From an uncultured Pseudomonadales bacterium (GTDB lineage Bacteria; Pseudomonadota; Gammaproteobacteria; Pseudomonadales; JBECKS01): DNA of 64,000 bases. The position numbers and the translations under genes were made by a program. The stretch lies in the NCBI GenBank assembly GCA_964557005.1, contig CAZKYI010000003.1:89911-153910 (forward strand). The letters run 5' to 3'. The first letter of the stretch is position 1; each line of letters begins with the position of its first letter. Positions 54,006-64,000 of the stretch are shown here, piece after piece. The notes under the pieces are model-generated. The model ran no database searches. It was not told the origin of the DNA and saw nothing but the letters and a program-made list of their open reading frames with translations.

Positions 54006-55298
54006 TCATGGCTCTGGTGCATGTTCAACAACACGTCTTTTGGCCACAGCCGTTTGCTCACCTTCACTGCGTGCAATCACGGTTGCTGCGCAGGTATCAC
54101 CATAAACGTTAACGGCTGTGCGACACATATCGAGCACGCGATCGGTAACCAGAATCAAGCCTATCGCTTCCATCGGTAAACCAACCGCAACCAGAATAAT
54201 GCTGATGGCGACCAGACTGGCTGCCGGAATACCTGCAACACCAATCGAAGTGAGCAAGGCGAGTAACACAATCGTCAACTGGGTCGCAAAACCCAGTTCA
54301 ATACCATAGGCTTGTGCAATAAACATGGCTGCCACACATTCATACAAGGCTGTGCCATTCATATTAACCGTAGCACCCAAGGGAAGCACAAAACTGCTGA
54401 TTTCTTTGGAAACGCCTGCATTTTCTTCCACACTGCGAATGGTTAGAGGTAAGGTAGCGGAAGATGAAGCGCTGGAAAACGCCATGAGCAGTGCCGGCAT
54501 CATTGCTTTAATCTGTTTGGTGGGGCTGATACCTGCCGTGTATAAAATCAGCGGATATGCAACAAATACATGCACCAGAAGCGCCACCACCACCGTGATA
54601 AAAAACCAGAACAAAGGCACAAAAGCTTCAAAGCCTGTTACTGACACGGTTTTGGCTACCAAGGCAAATACACCAATCGGCACAAAACGCATGACGAACA
54701 AGGTCATCAACATCATGGTTTCATAAACCGCATTGGTGAGATTGATAAGCGCATCTCGTCCTTGCGGGTTAATGCGAATGATGAAAAAACCAAACAAAAT
54801 GCTGAATGTAATCAAGCCCAGCATTTCCCCTTCTGCGGCAGCCATCACGATATTGGTGGGAATCATACGGATAAAAATCTGCGCAACATCGCCCATACCT
54901 TTATCTGAAATTTTTTCGGTCAATCCGCTGGTGTCTGCATGCAAGGCCAGTTTTTCTTTTACAGGCTCACCGTTTTCCCTGCCAGGCTCAATCACATTGA
55001 CAAACGCAAGCCCAATCAGAATCGCTAACAAACAAGTCAAGGTGTAAAAAAGTACGGTTTTCCAGGCAAGTCGTCCGACATTTTTACCATTCCCCAAGCT
55101 TGCCACGCCTGCAACAATGGAAGAAAAAATCAGCGGCACAATAATCATCTTGAGTGCATTGAGAAACAAGGTGCCGACAAACTCATACATCTCTAAAACA
55201 CGAATACCAAAAACACTGGCTTCTGCACTGGTGAGCATGCCTGCAATCACTGCAAGAATAATTGCAATCGCAATTTGCCAGTGCAGTGCCAGTTTCAT
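54006..55298 (-). CDS. Dicarboxylate/amino acid:cation symporter (DAACS family)
   Basis: Typical N-terminus and conserved segments (ALKMIIVPLIFSSIV, SSSATLP, GATVNMNGTALYE, RTAVNVYGD). Confidence 0.85.
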   Translation of the reverse strand: MKLALHWQIAIAIILAVIAGMLTSAEASVFGIRVLEMYEFVGTLFLNALKMIIVPLIFSSIVAGVASLGNGKNVGRLAWKTVLFYTLTCLLAILIGLAFVNVIEPGRENGEPVKEKLALHADTSGLTEKISDKGMGDVAQIFIRMIPTNIVMAAAEGEMLGLITFSILFGFFIIRINPQGRDALINLTNAVYETMMLMTLFVMRFVPIGVFALVAKTVSVTGFEAFVPLFWFFITVVVALLVHVFVAYPLILYTAGISPTKQIKAMMPALLMAFSSASSSATLPLTIRSVEENAGVSKEISSFVLPLGATVNMNGTALYECVAAMFIAQAYGIELGFATQLTIVLLALLTSIGVAGIPAASLVAISIILVAVGLPMEAIGLILVTDRVLDMCRTAVNVYGDTCAATVIARSEGEQTAVAKRRVVEHAPEP

Positions 55299-55316
55299 AA
55301 CGCGCTTCCTTAAAGA

Positions 55317-56378
55317 CTAATGATAGGCCTGACTGAGTTCATGCACGGCATCAATAAATACCGCTGCATGTTCAGGATTCACTTCTGGCGTAATGCCATG
55401 CCCAAGATTAAACACATGACCATTGCCTTTTCCAAAAGCTGCAAGAATTGCAGCAACTTCTTCACGAATACGCTGAGGACTTGCGTACAACATGGCAGGG
55501 TCAAGATTGCCCTGCAAGGCCACACGCTCACCCACGCGTGCACGCGCTTTGCCTATATCAATCGTCCAATCCAGACCCAAAGCATTGCTGCCAGTATTGG
55601 CTAAATCCTCTAACCACAAGCCACCATTTTTGGTGAATAAAATGCTAGGCACTTTTCTTCCTTCATTTTCCTTGATTAAACCATCGACAATTTTTTTCAT
55701 ATATTTCAGTGAAAATTCTTTGTACGCAGCTTCACTCAAAATACCGCCCCAGGTATCAAATATTTGCACAGCTTGTGCGCCTGCTTTTATTTGTGCATTG
55801 AGATAATCAATCACCGAATCGGCAAGCGTATCAAGCAAGCGATGTGCGAGTTCTGGTTGATTAAATAACATGCTTTTGATGAGGTGATAATTCTTGCTTG
55901 GCCCGCCTTCCACCATGTAAGTGGCGAGTGTCCAGGGACTACCTGAAAAACCAATCAACGGTACGTGACCATTTAATTCCTTGCGAATTAACTTCACCGC
56001 ATCGGTAACATAGCTTAAATCTTTTTCAGAATTGACAACTTTTAATGCCGTGATTTGCTGTTCTGTGCGAACAGGTTTTTTAAAGCGTGGGCCTTCACCT
56101 TCTTCAAAATACAAACCCAAACCCATCGCATCTGGAATGGTTAAAATATCGGAAAACAAAATAGCGGCATCAAGTGGAAAACGCTCGACAGGTTGCAAAG
56201 TAATTTCACAGGCGAGCTGAGGGTTTTGACACATGACCAGAAAACCGCCTGCATTTTTTCTGAGCGCACGATATTCAGGCAGATAACGGCCTGCCTGTCT
56301 CATCATCCACACGGGTGTAACATCAACTTCTTGTTTAAGAAGGGCTTTTAAAAATCGATCATTCTTGAGCTGTGACAA
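55317..56378 (-). CDS. hemE: Uroporphyrinogen decarboxylase
   Basis: [33 protein letters not shown]. The track start at 56441 would overlap damX, whereas the TTG at 56378 gives the canonical N-terminus and has an AGGAA ribosome-binding site. Confidence 0.9.
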   Translation of the reverse strand: MSQLKNDRFLKALLKQEVDVTPVWMMRQAGRYLPEYRALRKNAGGFLVMCQNPQLACEITLQPVERFPLDAAILFSDILTIPDAMGLGLYFEEGEGPRFKKPVRTEQQITALKVVNSEKDLSYVTDAVKLIRKELNGHVPLIGFSGSPWTLATYMVEGGPSKNYHLIKSMLFNQPELAHRLLDTLADSVIDYLNAQIKAGAQAVQIFDTWGGILSEAAYKEFSLKYMKKIVDGLIKENEGRKVPSILFTKNGGLWLEDLANTGSNALGLDWTIDIGKARARVGERVALQGNLDPAMLYASPQRIREEVAAILAAFGKGNGHVFNLGHGITPEVNPEHAAVFIDAVHELSQAYH

Positions 56379-56398
56379 AATAATTTCCTGATTTGGAT

Positions 56399-57607
56399 TT
56401 AATTTAAGGATTGTTGAATTGCAGAAAATGGACGAATCCACGGTGAAAGATTTTTCAGATAGTCTGGCAAGGTGTGTCTGGCTCTGTCTGCCTGTTCATG
56501 GGTTTCGTAGATTCCGTAAATCACAATATGCCAGGGCTTGTTATCTTTTTGTGTTGTAAAAACCGCATACTGACTACTGATGCCTTGTTCATGGAAAAAA
56601 TCTCTCACGCCTTGTTCATTATGAGAAGCGAGAATTTGCAAAGTGTAAGCCTTGGGATTTTGTTTCTTAATCCACTGTTCGCTTTGATAAGGCGACCAGT
56701 CGACCTTGCCAGACTCAGGCTTGTTGATAACAGGTAGCTTGCTCACAGGTTTTTGTTCAACAGGTTCAATCGTTTCAATGATTTCTTCTGGAATAATATC
56801 TGCCTGTTTGGTTTCTATGGTTTCTATCGGTTCTTCTATTGCAACTTTTTGCACATCTTCATTAATTGGCTTAACAAAAGTGTCACTTTGACTTTCTACA
56901 AGCTCTATTGTTTGCTGCTTTTCACCACTTAAATCCATATTCCAAAGCGCAATCACAATGAGAAAGAGAATCAGACCACCAGCCAGATGGTATTTGGGCA
57001 CCAGCTGATACCATAGTTTGTTTCTATTTGCATTGTCTTGCTCCATATCTTCTTCATCTAAAAAAGATGTTTCGTCCATATTTTCATCAGTAAATATTTC
57101 ATCAGCACCAACGCAAGCAACTCTTTTTGCAAGCACTCTCCACAAACGTTGAAGCGACTCTTCGCCGGCATCAATCGATTTCTCACTGTATAGCAATAAA
57201 CCAAAGGATTTGCTCACCACTGCAAGCGATAGAAAATTTTCTTGCGCCCTGCTGTGGCAATCATCGAAATCAATAAGGCTCAAGATACATTTTTGTCCTT
57301 GCGGGAATTCTTGCTCAATCGCTTCAATTTGTTGAGACAAATTAAGCTGGTCGGACGCATCTTCAAAAACCGTTTGGTAAATTCTTGAAATCAATGTTTC
57401 TCTACTGGATAAATCTTCTAGCTCGAGAGTTACCAGATAGCAATTCCCATTTTGAGCAAGGCCATCTTCCAACTGAAACAGGGTATCTTCCGACTCGGCA
57501 ATAAAAATATCCCGTGCATTCTGGAGAACATCTGTTTGTTTTTCTGAAAAATCAGAAAAATGTTCAAGCGCTTCCCTGACTGTGACTTTCGAAAATGAAG
57601 TGTGCAT
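56399..57607 (-). CDS. damX: DamX-like cell-division protein with C-terminal SPOR domain
   Basis: Central TM segment, a Glu/Ile-rich linker, a SPOR-like C-terminus ([18 protein letters not shown]...WHIVIYGIY), and a position after aroK-aroB. Confidence 0.7.
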   Translation of the reverse strand: MHTSFSKVTVREALEHFSDFSEKQTDVLQNARDIFIAESEDTLFQLEDGLAQNGNCYLVTLELEDLSSRETLISRIYQTVFEDASDQLNLSQQIEAIEQEFPQGQKCILSLIDFDDCHSRAQENFLSLAVVSKSFGLLLYSEKSIDAGEESLQRLWRVLAKRVACVGADEIFTDENMDETSFLDEEDMEQDNANRNKLWYQLVPKYHLAGGLILFLIVIALWNMDLSGEKQQTIELVESQSDTFVKPINEDVQKVAIEEPIETIETKQADIIPEEIIETIEPVEQKPVSKLPVINKPESGKVDWSPYQSEQWIKKQNPKAYTLQILASHNEQGVRDFFHEQGISSQYAVFTTQKDNKPWHIVIYGIYETHEQADRARHTLPDYLKNLSPWIRPFSAIQQSLN

Positions 57608-57615
57608 ACTGCCTC

Positions 57616-58704
57616 CTACGGCATGTAAGCCTTGATGGATTGTTCCAGTTGATGCATATCAAAAGTATCGATAATTTCTGCTTGTCCAAGCCTTGCCAGT
57701 GTTACCAGGCGAACTTTTCCACTTTGTGCTTTTTTATCCACTTTCATATAGGGCAATAATTTTTCAAGTTCGATGACATCAGGTGTGCGGGTTGGCAACT
57801 GCGCAGCAGAAATTAAATGCTCAATTCTTTTAACTTCCTGTTCACTGATTTTTCCCTGAAGGCTTGAAAGTTTTACAGCCATACACATACCGATTGCAAC
57901 CGCTTCGCCGTGTAAAAGCACTTTATATTGATAATGCGCTTCGAGTGCATGGCCAAAGGTGTGTCCAAGATTCAGAATCGCCCGTAATCCTGTTTCGTTT
58001 TCATCTTGCCCTACCACGTAAGCCTTGCATTCACACGATGTCTGAATGGCATGCGTTAACGCTTGTGGATTTTTATCTAACAATGCAGTCATATTGCTCT
58101 CAAGCCAGGGGAAAAATTCAGGCTTGATGATGAGCGCATATTTAATCACTTCTGCAATGCCTGCCGACAACTCTCTTTCGGGCAAGGTACCAAGTGTATC
58201 TACATCCGCCAATACGCATTTGGGTTGGTAAAATGCACCGATCATGTTCTTACCCAGCGCATGATTCACCCCCGTTTTACCGCCCACCGATGAATCGACT
58301 TGCGCCAGCAAGGTAGTGGGAATCTGAATAAAATTAACACCGCGCATAAAACTTGCGGCTGCAAATCCCGTCATATCGCCAACAACACCCCCACCCAAGG
58401 CAAGCAGAGTGACATCGCGATTACATTTGTTCGCAAGCAAGGTTTCAAAGATTCCGCTCAGGGTTTCCAGATTTTTATAACGCTCGCCATCAGGAAGAAT
58501 ATGGCTAATTACCTGATATTTTTTTGTCAGGCAGGCAAGCAAGCCTTCAAGGTATAAGGGCGCTACGGTTTCATTGCTGACAATACAAACTTGCTTACCT
58601 TTGATGTAAGGCTCCAGCAGCGCATCGGCATGAGCAAGCAAATGAGAGCCTGTAATGACGGGATAAGAGCGCTCCCCAAGTTCGATAGTGATTGAAGTAT
58701 GCAC
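57616..58704 (-). CDS. aroB: 3-dehydroquinate synthase
   Basis: LGERSYPV N-terminus, GGGVVGDMTGFAAA, and the NLGHTFGHALE metal-site motif. GTG start. Confidence 0.9.
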   Translation of the reverse strand: MHTSITIELGERSYPVITGSHLLAHADALLEPYIKGKQVCIVSNETVAPLYLEGLLACLTKKYQVISHILPDGERYKNLETLSGIFETLLANKCNRDVTLLALGGGVVGDMTGFAAASFMRGVNFIQIPTTLLAQVDSSVGGKTGVNHALGKNMIGAFYQPKCVLADVDTLGTLPERELSAGIAEVIKYALIIKPEFFPWLESNMTALLDKNPQALTHAIQTSCECKAYVVGQDENETGLRAILNLGHTFGHALEAHYQYKVLLHGEAVAIGMCMAVKLSSLQGKISEQEVKRIEHLISAAQLPTRTPDVIELEKLLPYMKVDKKAQSGKVRLVTLARLGQAEIIDTFDMHQLEQSIKAYMP

Positions 58705-58775
58705 AGATTGCCTCGTGATTCAGTTGAGGCATTATAATTTATAAACAGCAGCTTTGCCGCTTTTTGCCTTGAATA

Positions 58776-59279
58776 TCAGGGCAGGCTGCTCACGATTTGA
58801 TTAACCACCTGTTTTGAAGAAAGGTTGTGACTATCCAGCTCAATGTTGGCAACTTCCTTATACAACGCTTCCCGTTCATCAAGAATTTTTCGAAAATTCT
58901 CTTCTGGATTATCCACCTGAAGCAAAGGTCTGGTTTTATCCTGAGCAGTTCTTTCAAGCAGGATATTCAAAGGTGCAGAAATATAAACTGTAAATCCATG
59001 TGCTTTGAGTAAACGTCGGGTTTCTTCGCTTAACACTGCGCCGCCGCCAGTTGCAATAACTGCTTTGGAGCCTTGCGCCAGCTCATAAATCACCTTGCTT
59101 TCACGTTTGCGAAAACCTTCTTCTCCTTCTACATCAAAAATCCACGAAATATCCGCACCGGCACGCTGCTCAATTTCTCTATCGGAATCGATAAAATCGT
59201 AGGAAAGTTCTGTTGCCAGTAATTTACCAATAGTAGTTTTACCAGCACCCATCGGGCCGACCAAAAATATATTAGACAT
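58776..59279 (-). CDS. aroK: Shikimate kinase
   Basis: P-loop LVGPMGAGKTTIG, DSD, and ATGGG motifs. Confidence 0.9.
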   Translation of the reverse strand: MSNIFLVGPMGAGKTTIGKLLATELSYDFIDSDREIEQRAGADISWIFDVEGEEGFRKRESKVIYELAQGSKAVIATGGGAVLSEETRRLLKAHGFTVYISAPLNILLERTAQDKTRPLLQVDNPEENFRKILDEREALYKEVANIELDSHNLSSKQVVNQIVSSLP

Positions 59280-59290
59280 AAAATAACTAT

Positions 59291-61417
59291 CTAATTACTG
59301 GCCAATACATCGGTGACAATTTTAGGTGTAATGAAAACCAGCAGCTCTTGCTTTTGGCTGGAATTTATCGATTTTCTGAAAAGTCGCCCGATAATAGGCA
59401 AATCTCCAAAAAACGGTGTTTTGAACTCCTGTTGAATATCGGTAGTAACAAACACACCACCCAGAACAACTGTATCTCCGTTGGTTACCAACACCTGAGT
59501 GTTGACCTGATTAATATCAATAATCGGGTTACCACCGGCACCTTCACCCGCCAGACTATCCTGCGTAACATTCAGATTGAGCAGGACTCTGTTATCAGGC
59601 GTAATATGAGGCGTTACCGTCAACCCTAATGCCGCTTCGACGTAGGTGATTGACACTGTACCGTTATCTATGGTCTGAATCGGTACTTTTTTACCAGAAA
59701 GAATTTGTGCTTCTTTTGCATCAGAAGTAAGAACCTTTGGTGTTGAAATAATTTCTGCCTGTCCTTCGGCTTCGATTGCTGATAACTCTAACTCAAGCAA
59801 ACCATCTCTACCCAGAAAACCAACTGACATCGAAGTTGCCTGACTATCGGTTACCCCCATATCAACCACATAAGAACTACCCGTAGGCCCAAAATCAAAC
59901 AGGATAGGATCGCCCTGACTCATGTTTTCAAACTGGGTCATTCCTCTATCTGCCGTACCTGTAACCAAACGGGTGCCATTTCTGTCAAAACCGCTGCCGC
60001 CCCATCTCACACCCAGCTCATCTGAAAGATTTGAAGAAGACACAACCACTCTGGCCTCAATCAATACCTGACGAACAGGTAAATCCAAAGTTGTAATGAT
60101 GTCACGGATTTCCGCGAGCTTGGCTGCTGTATCCTGAATCAACAAGGTATTGGTTCTGGCATCCAGCACTACAGCACCGCGTTCTGAAATGATTTTAGAA
60201 TTTTCGGAAGCCAGAAATTCTTTTATATCTGCCGCAGCGGCATATTTAATTGTAAAAAATTCAGACTGGAGCGGTGCCAAAGCCTCTACTTGTTTATTGG
60301 CTTCGAGTTCCAGTTTTTCCCTTGCAGCAATTTCATCAGCGGGAGCAACCAGAAGAACATTACCCACTTTTCGTTGATCCAGACCTTTGGTTTTGAGAAT
60401 TAATTCCAGCGCCTGATCCCAAGGCACGTTTTGTAAACGCAGGGTAATTTTTCCACCCACCGTATCACTTGCAACCAGATTGAGCTCGGTAAAATCTGCA
60501 ATTAACTGGAGCACGGCTCTGACTTCAATATCCTGAAAATTTAATGAAAGTTTTTCACCAGTATATGAAAAGACTTTTCTGCGTTTCTTCTCAACTGCTT
60601 CGGCGGATAAAGGCTTCACACTGATAATGTAGGTATTATCTGTTTGATACGCGAGATGTTCATATTCCCCATGAGGCTTGATGGCAATTAAAACGCCATC
60701 TGATTGATTGGTGGCATCTATTTCCTTCACAGGGGTTGCGAAATCCACCACATCGAGCCGCCTTACCAATTCACCTGGAAGGCTGGTGCCGATAAATTTG
60801 ACATGAATTTTATCACCTTCCTTGCGCATATTGACTCTGGTATGAGGATCGGAAAGTGAAACGACAATTTTACCTTCGCCCTCAACACCACGCTGAAAAT
60901 CCACACCGCGAATTTCCTGAGAGCTATACACGCCTGATTTTTCAGCATCAGTCTTCATTCCAGATACAGCCGCCTCTGGCGCTGCGATAGATACTCGTTG
61001 GGGGCCACCTTCACCAAGAATCACATGAAGTGTGTTGTTACGAATTTCGGTTTTATAACTTTCCAGTTGGGTAAGATTGATAATCAGGCGGGTTCTGCTA
61101 CCCGCTTCAACAACGGTAAGATTGCGTGCATTACCCAAACCAAGCTCATGGTACTTGGATTTTAATCCACTACTGACACCTTCCAAATCCAATGCAATGC
61201 GTGCAGGTTTTTCTATATTGTACCCTTTTGGCTCTGGTGGTTTGGAATCAAACGAAAAACGCAGTTCAACCTTGTCACCTGGCAAACTTGAATAATCAAC
61301 ACTTTGCAACTGCACAGCTTGCGCTAATGAGGTGAAAGCCAGAATGACAAAAGCAACAATCGCCTGCCCTAATCCAAACGCGGAATTTATTCGGAAATTT
61401 TGATCTAGCGTTTTCAT
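59291..61417 (-). CDS. pilQ: Type IV pilus secretin
   Basis: Signal peptide, AMIN-like N-terminal repeats, a secretin C-terminal domain (VVLGG...TPFFGDLPIIGRLF), and its position after pilMNOP. Confidence 0.9.
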   Translation of the reverse strand: MKTLDQNFRINSAFGLGQAIVAFVILAFTSLAQAVQLQSVDYSSLPGDKVELRFSFDSKPPEPKGYNIEKPARIALDLEGVSSGLKSKYHELGLGNARNLTVVEAGSRTRLIINLTQLESYKTEIRNNTLHVILGEGGPQRVSIAAPEAAVSGMKTDAEKSGVYSSQEIRGVDFQRGVEGEGKIVVSLSDPHTRVNMRKEGDKIHVKFIGTSLPGELVRRLDVVDFATPVKEIDATNQSDGVLIAIKPHGEYEHLAYQTDNTYIISVKPLSAEAVEKKRRKVFSYTGEKLSLNFQDIEVRAVLQLIADFTELNLVASDTVGGKITLRLQNVPWDQALELILKTKGLDQRKVGNVLLVAPADEIAAREKLELEANKQVEALAPLQSEFFTIKYAAAADIKEFLASENSKIISERGAVVLDARTNTLLIQDTAAKLAEIRDIITTLDLPVRQVLIEARVVVSSSNLSDELGVRWGGSGFDRNGTRLVTGTADRGMTQFENMSQGDPILFDFGPTGSSYVVDMGVTDSQATSMSVGFLGRDGLLELELSAIEAEGQAEIISTPKVLTSDAKEAQILSGKKVPIQTIDNGTVSITYVEAALGLTVTPHITPDNRVLLNLNVTQDSLAGEGAGGNPIIDINQVNTQVLVTNGDTVVLGGVFVTTDIQQEFKTPFFGDLPIIGRLFRKSINSSQKQELLVFITPKIVTDVLASN

Positions 61418-61435
61418 AATATCCTACTCTTTTTA

Positions 61436-61999
61436 TTATTCGTCTCTCAGCACCAAATTTCTTGGGCGCTCTACCCACAACTTATTACCTTCATCATCCA
61501 ACTGACCGCTTGGTACGATTTCAATTACCTCGATTCTGCGTGCATTGATACTGACGACCTTGCCGTAATTCTGACCCAGATAGTCTCCTATCTGCACACG
61601 ATGAACACCACCGCTGCCATCATCAATAATTGCATACAAGGTGCCTTCCTGTTGCTCCTTGGCCAAGGTACCTACAAATAACATTGCATCGAGACTGAAT
61701 CTTTCCAGAGGCTCCTTGCGACGTTGCAAATCCGGCGTAACAGATTTACCCACCTGAATTTTCGTTTCAAATACCACTTCAACAGGGCGTTCAAAGGGAC
61801 TGCGCAAACCTGCGGATTGATAAGTAAAGGTCTCAAATGCCTTGAATTCAGGTGGAGGCGGAATACGGCCTTTCGGCTTGGCATTAATTTCGGCCAATTT
61901 TGCACGCAAGTCCTGCATTTCATCACCGCTGCTACAAGCAACAAGACTCAACACAGCGATGAAAAATCCAATCGTTTTAAATGAGTTAAACGCCTTCAT
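61436..61999 (-). CDS. pilP: Type IV pilus assembly lipoprotein PilP
   Basis: Lipobox LVACS, and size and position between pilO and pilQ. Confidence 0.8.
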   Translation of the reverse strand: MKAFNSFKTIGFFIAVLSLVACSSGDEMQDLRAKLAEINAKPKGRIPPPPEFKAFETFTYQSAGLRSPFERPVEVVFETKIQVGKSVTPDLQRRKEPLERFSLDAMLFVGTLAKEQQEGTLYAIIDDGSGGVHRVQIGDYLGQNYGKVVSINARRIEVIEIVPSGQLDDEGNKLWVERPRNLVLRDE

Positions 62000-62616
62000 T
62001 TGGATGCCTCATCCTGATAACGATAGGTTTTGGCTTTAATATCCATTCTCAATTTTGTACCCAGATTTCGACCTTCTGCCTTGTCAGCTTCTATAACATA
62101 ATCATGCAAGGTGACAATACGTGGCAAACCGGCAACACCACTGACAAAACCCGCCAGTCCGTGATACCCACCCTCCACTTTCAAATGAATGGGCAATACA
62201 GAATAAAATTCAACTCGTTCCTCTTTTCCCAAATCAATACTTTCAAATTTGAGACCACTTCCCCTGCCGGTATTGGTAATGTCCTCTAACAAACCTGGCA
62301 CCTCTGTGTCACGAGGCAACTGCCGAAGCAGTGCAGCATAGCTGCCATCTAAATCTTCCATTTGCTTCTTGAACTCATCAAGGTTAGCCGCCTGAAATGA
62401 TTTGCTTTCATAAGATTGAACGAGCTTGGCTTCCTCACCTTTCTGGCGTATTAAATCTGTTCGCACATCTGCTACCAGAAAATAATTCCCCGCAATAAAA
62501 ACACCAATAAAAACCAGAAGATAAATGGCATTTTTTATATAGGCAGGCCAGGAACCGACATTCTCCGGATCGAGATTCTGAATGGTTTGTTGAATTTCTT
62601 CGAAATCAATCTTCAC
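61996..62616 (-). CDS. pilO: Type IV pilus assembly protein PilO
   Basis: Single N-terminal TM segment, a coiled-coil region, and operon position. GTG start. Confidence 0.8.
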   Translation of the reverse strand: MKIDFEEIQQTIQNLDPENVGSWPAYIKNAIYLLVFIGVFIAGNYFLVADVRTDLIRQKGEEAKLVQSYESKSFQAANLDEFKKQMEDLDGSYAALLRQLPRDTEVPGLLEDITNTGRGSGLKFESIDLGKEERVEFYSVLPIHLKVEGGYHGLAGFVSGVAGLPRIVTLHDYVIEADKAEGRNLGTKLRMDIKAKTYRYQDEASK

Positions 62617-62619
62617 AAA

Positions 62620-64000
<1,381 letters not shown>

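Noticed and set aside
28253-56441. N-terminal extensions in the ORF track (28253, 30320, 39811, 4913, 25453, 21464, 53810, 56441, 34802)
   Set aside because: These start at TTG or GTG codons, or overlap upstream genes by tens of nucleotides. Downstream ATG, GTG or TTG codons with better ribosome-binding sites or canonical N-termini were preferred, as noted per feature.

Overview
The window looks like chromosomal DNA from a Gammaproteobacterium, judging by synteny: mpl at the left edge, bioBFHCD, and hemE-damX-aroB-aroK-pilQPONM at the right edge. I found no rRNA, tRNA, CRISPR array, transposase or integrase by eye. There are four main blocks. (1) 3.2-26.3 kb, plus maoC/ksi at 42.9-43.8 kb, is a steroid C/D-ring (HIP-type) beta-oxidation-like cluster. 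It has an IpdAB-like CoA-transferase, a DUF35/thiolase-like pair, a nitronate-monooxygenase-like reductase, enoyl-CoA hydratases, two adjacent acyl-CoA dehydrogenase pairs, a thiolase, SDRs, a FadD3-like ligase and a clear ketosteroid isomerase. An AT-rich two-gene cassette (wHTH-phosphoribosyltransferase plus a 554-aa UbiA-fusion membrane protein) splits this cluster. (2) 26.3-31.7 kb is an accessory patch: an AT-rich secreted coiled-coil protein, a lipoprotein and a small-ORF module, an XRE regulator, an orphan BrnA-like antitoxin, and two divergent AAA_14/DUF4143 ATPases. A third paralogue sits at 43.9-45.2 kb. (3) 31.8-41.3 kb is a nitrite-assimilation locus: a NasR-like NIT-ANTAR antiterminator, a PP2C/Ser-Thr kinase fusion, an FNT nitrite channel, a NirD-flavoprotein fusion, NirB and a porin. 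It has two divergent sigma54 promoters. Two intrinsic terminators are each preceded by AAUGGC hexaloop hairpins that share a near-identical core, which I read as ANTAR targets. (4) The rest is housekeeping, plus an AbiE pair in inverted gene order and a MazF-family toxin-antitoxin pair. The items I consider most worth follow-up are the ANTAR attenuators (one intercistronic, one on a porin leader), the NirD fusion in a locus lacking nitrate reductase, the three repeat-flanked DUF4143 ATPases, and the PRTase/UbiA cassette. All functional calls rest on motif recognition in the translated ORFs and on synteny; no database search was possible.
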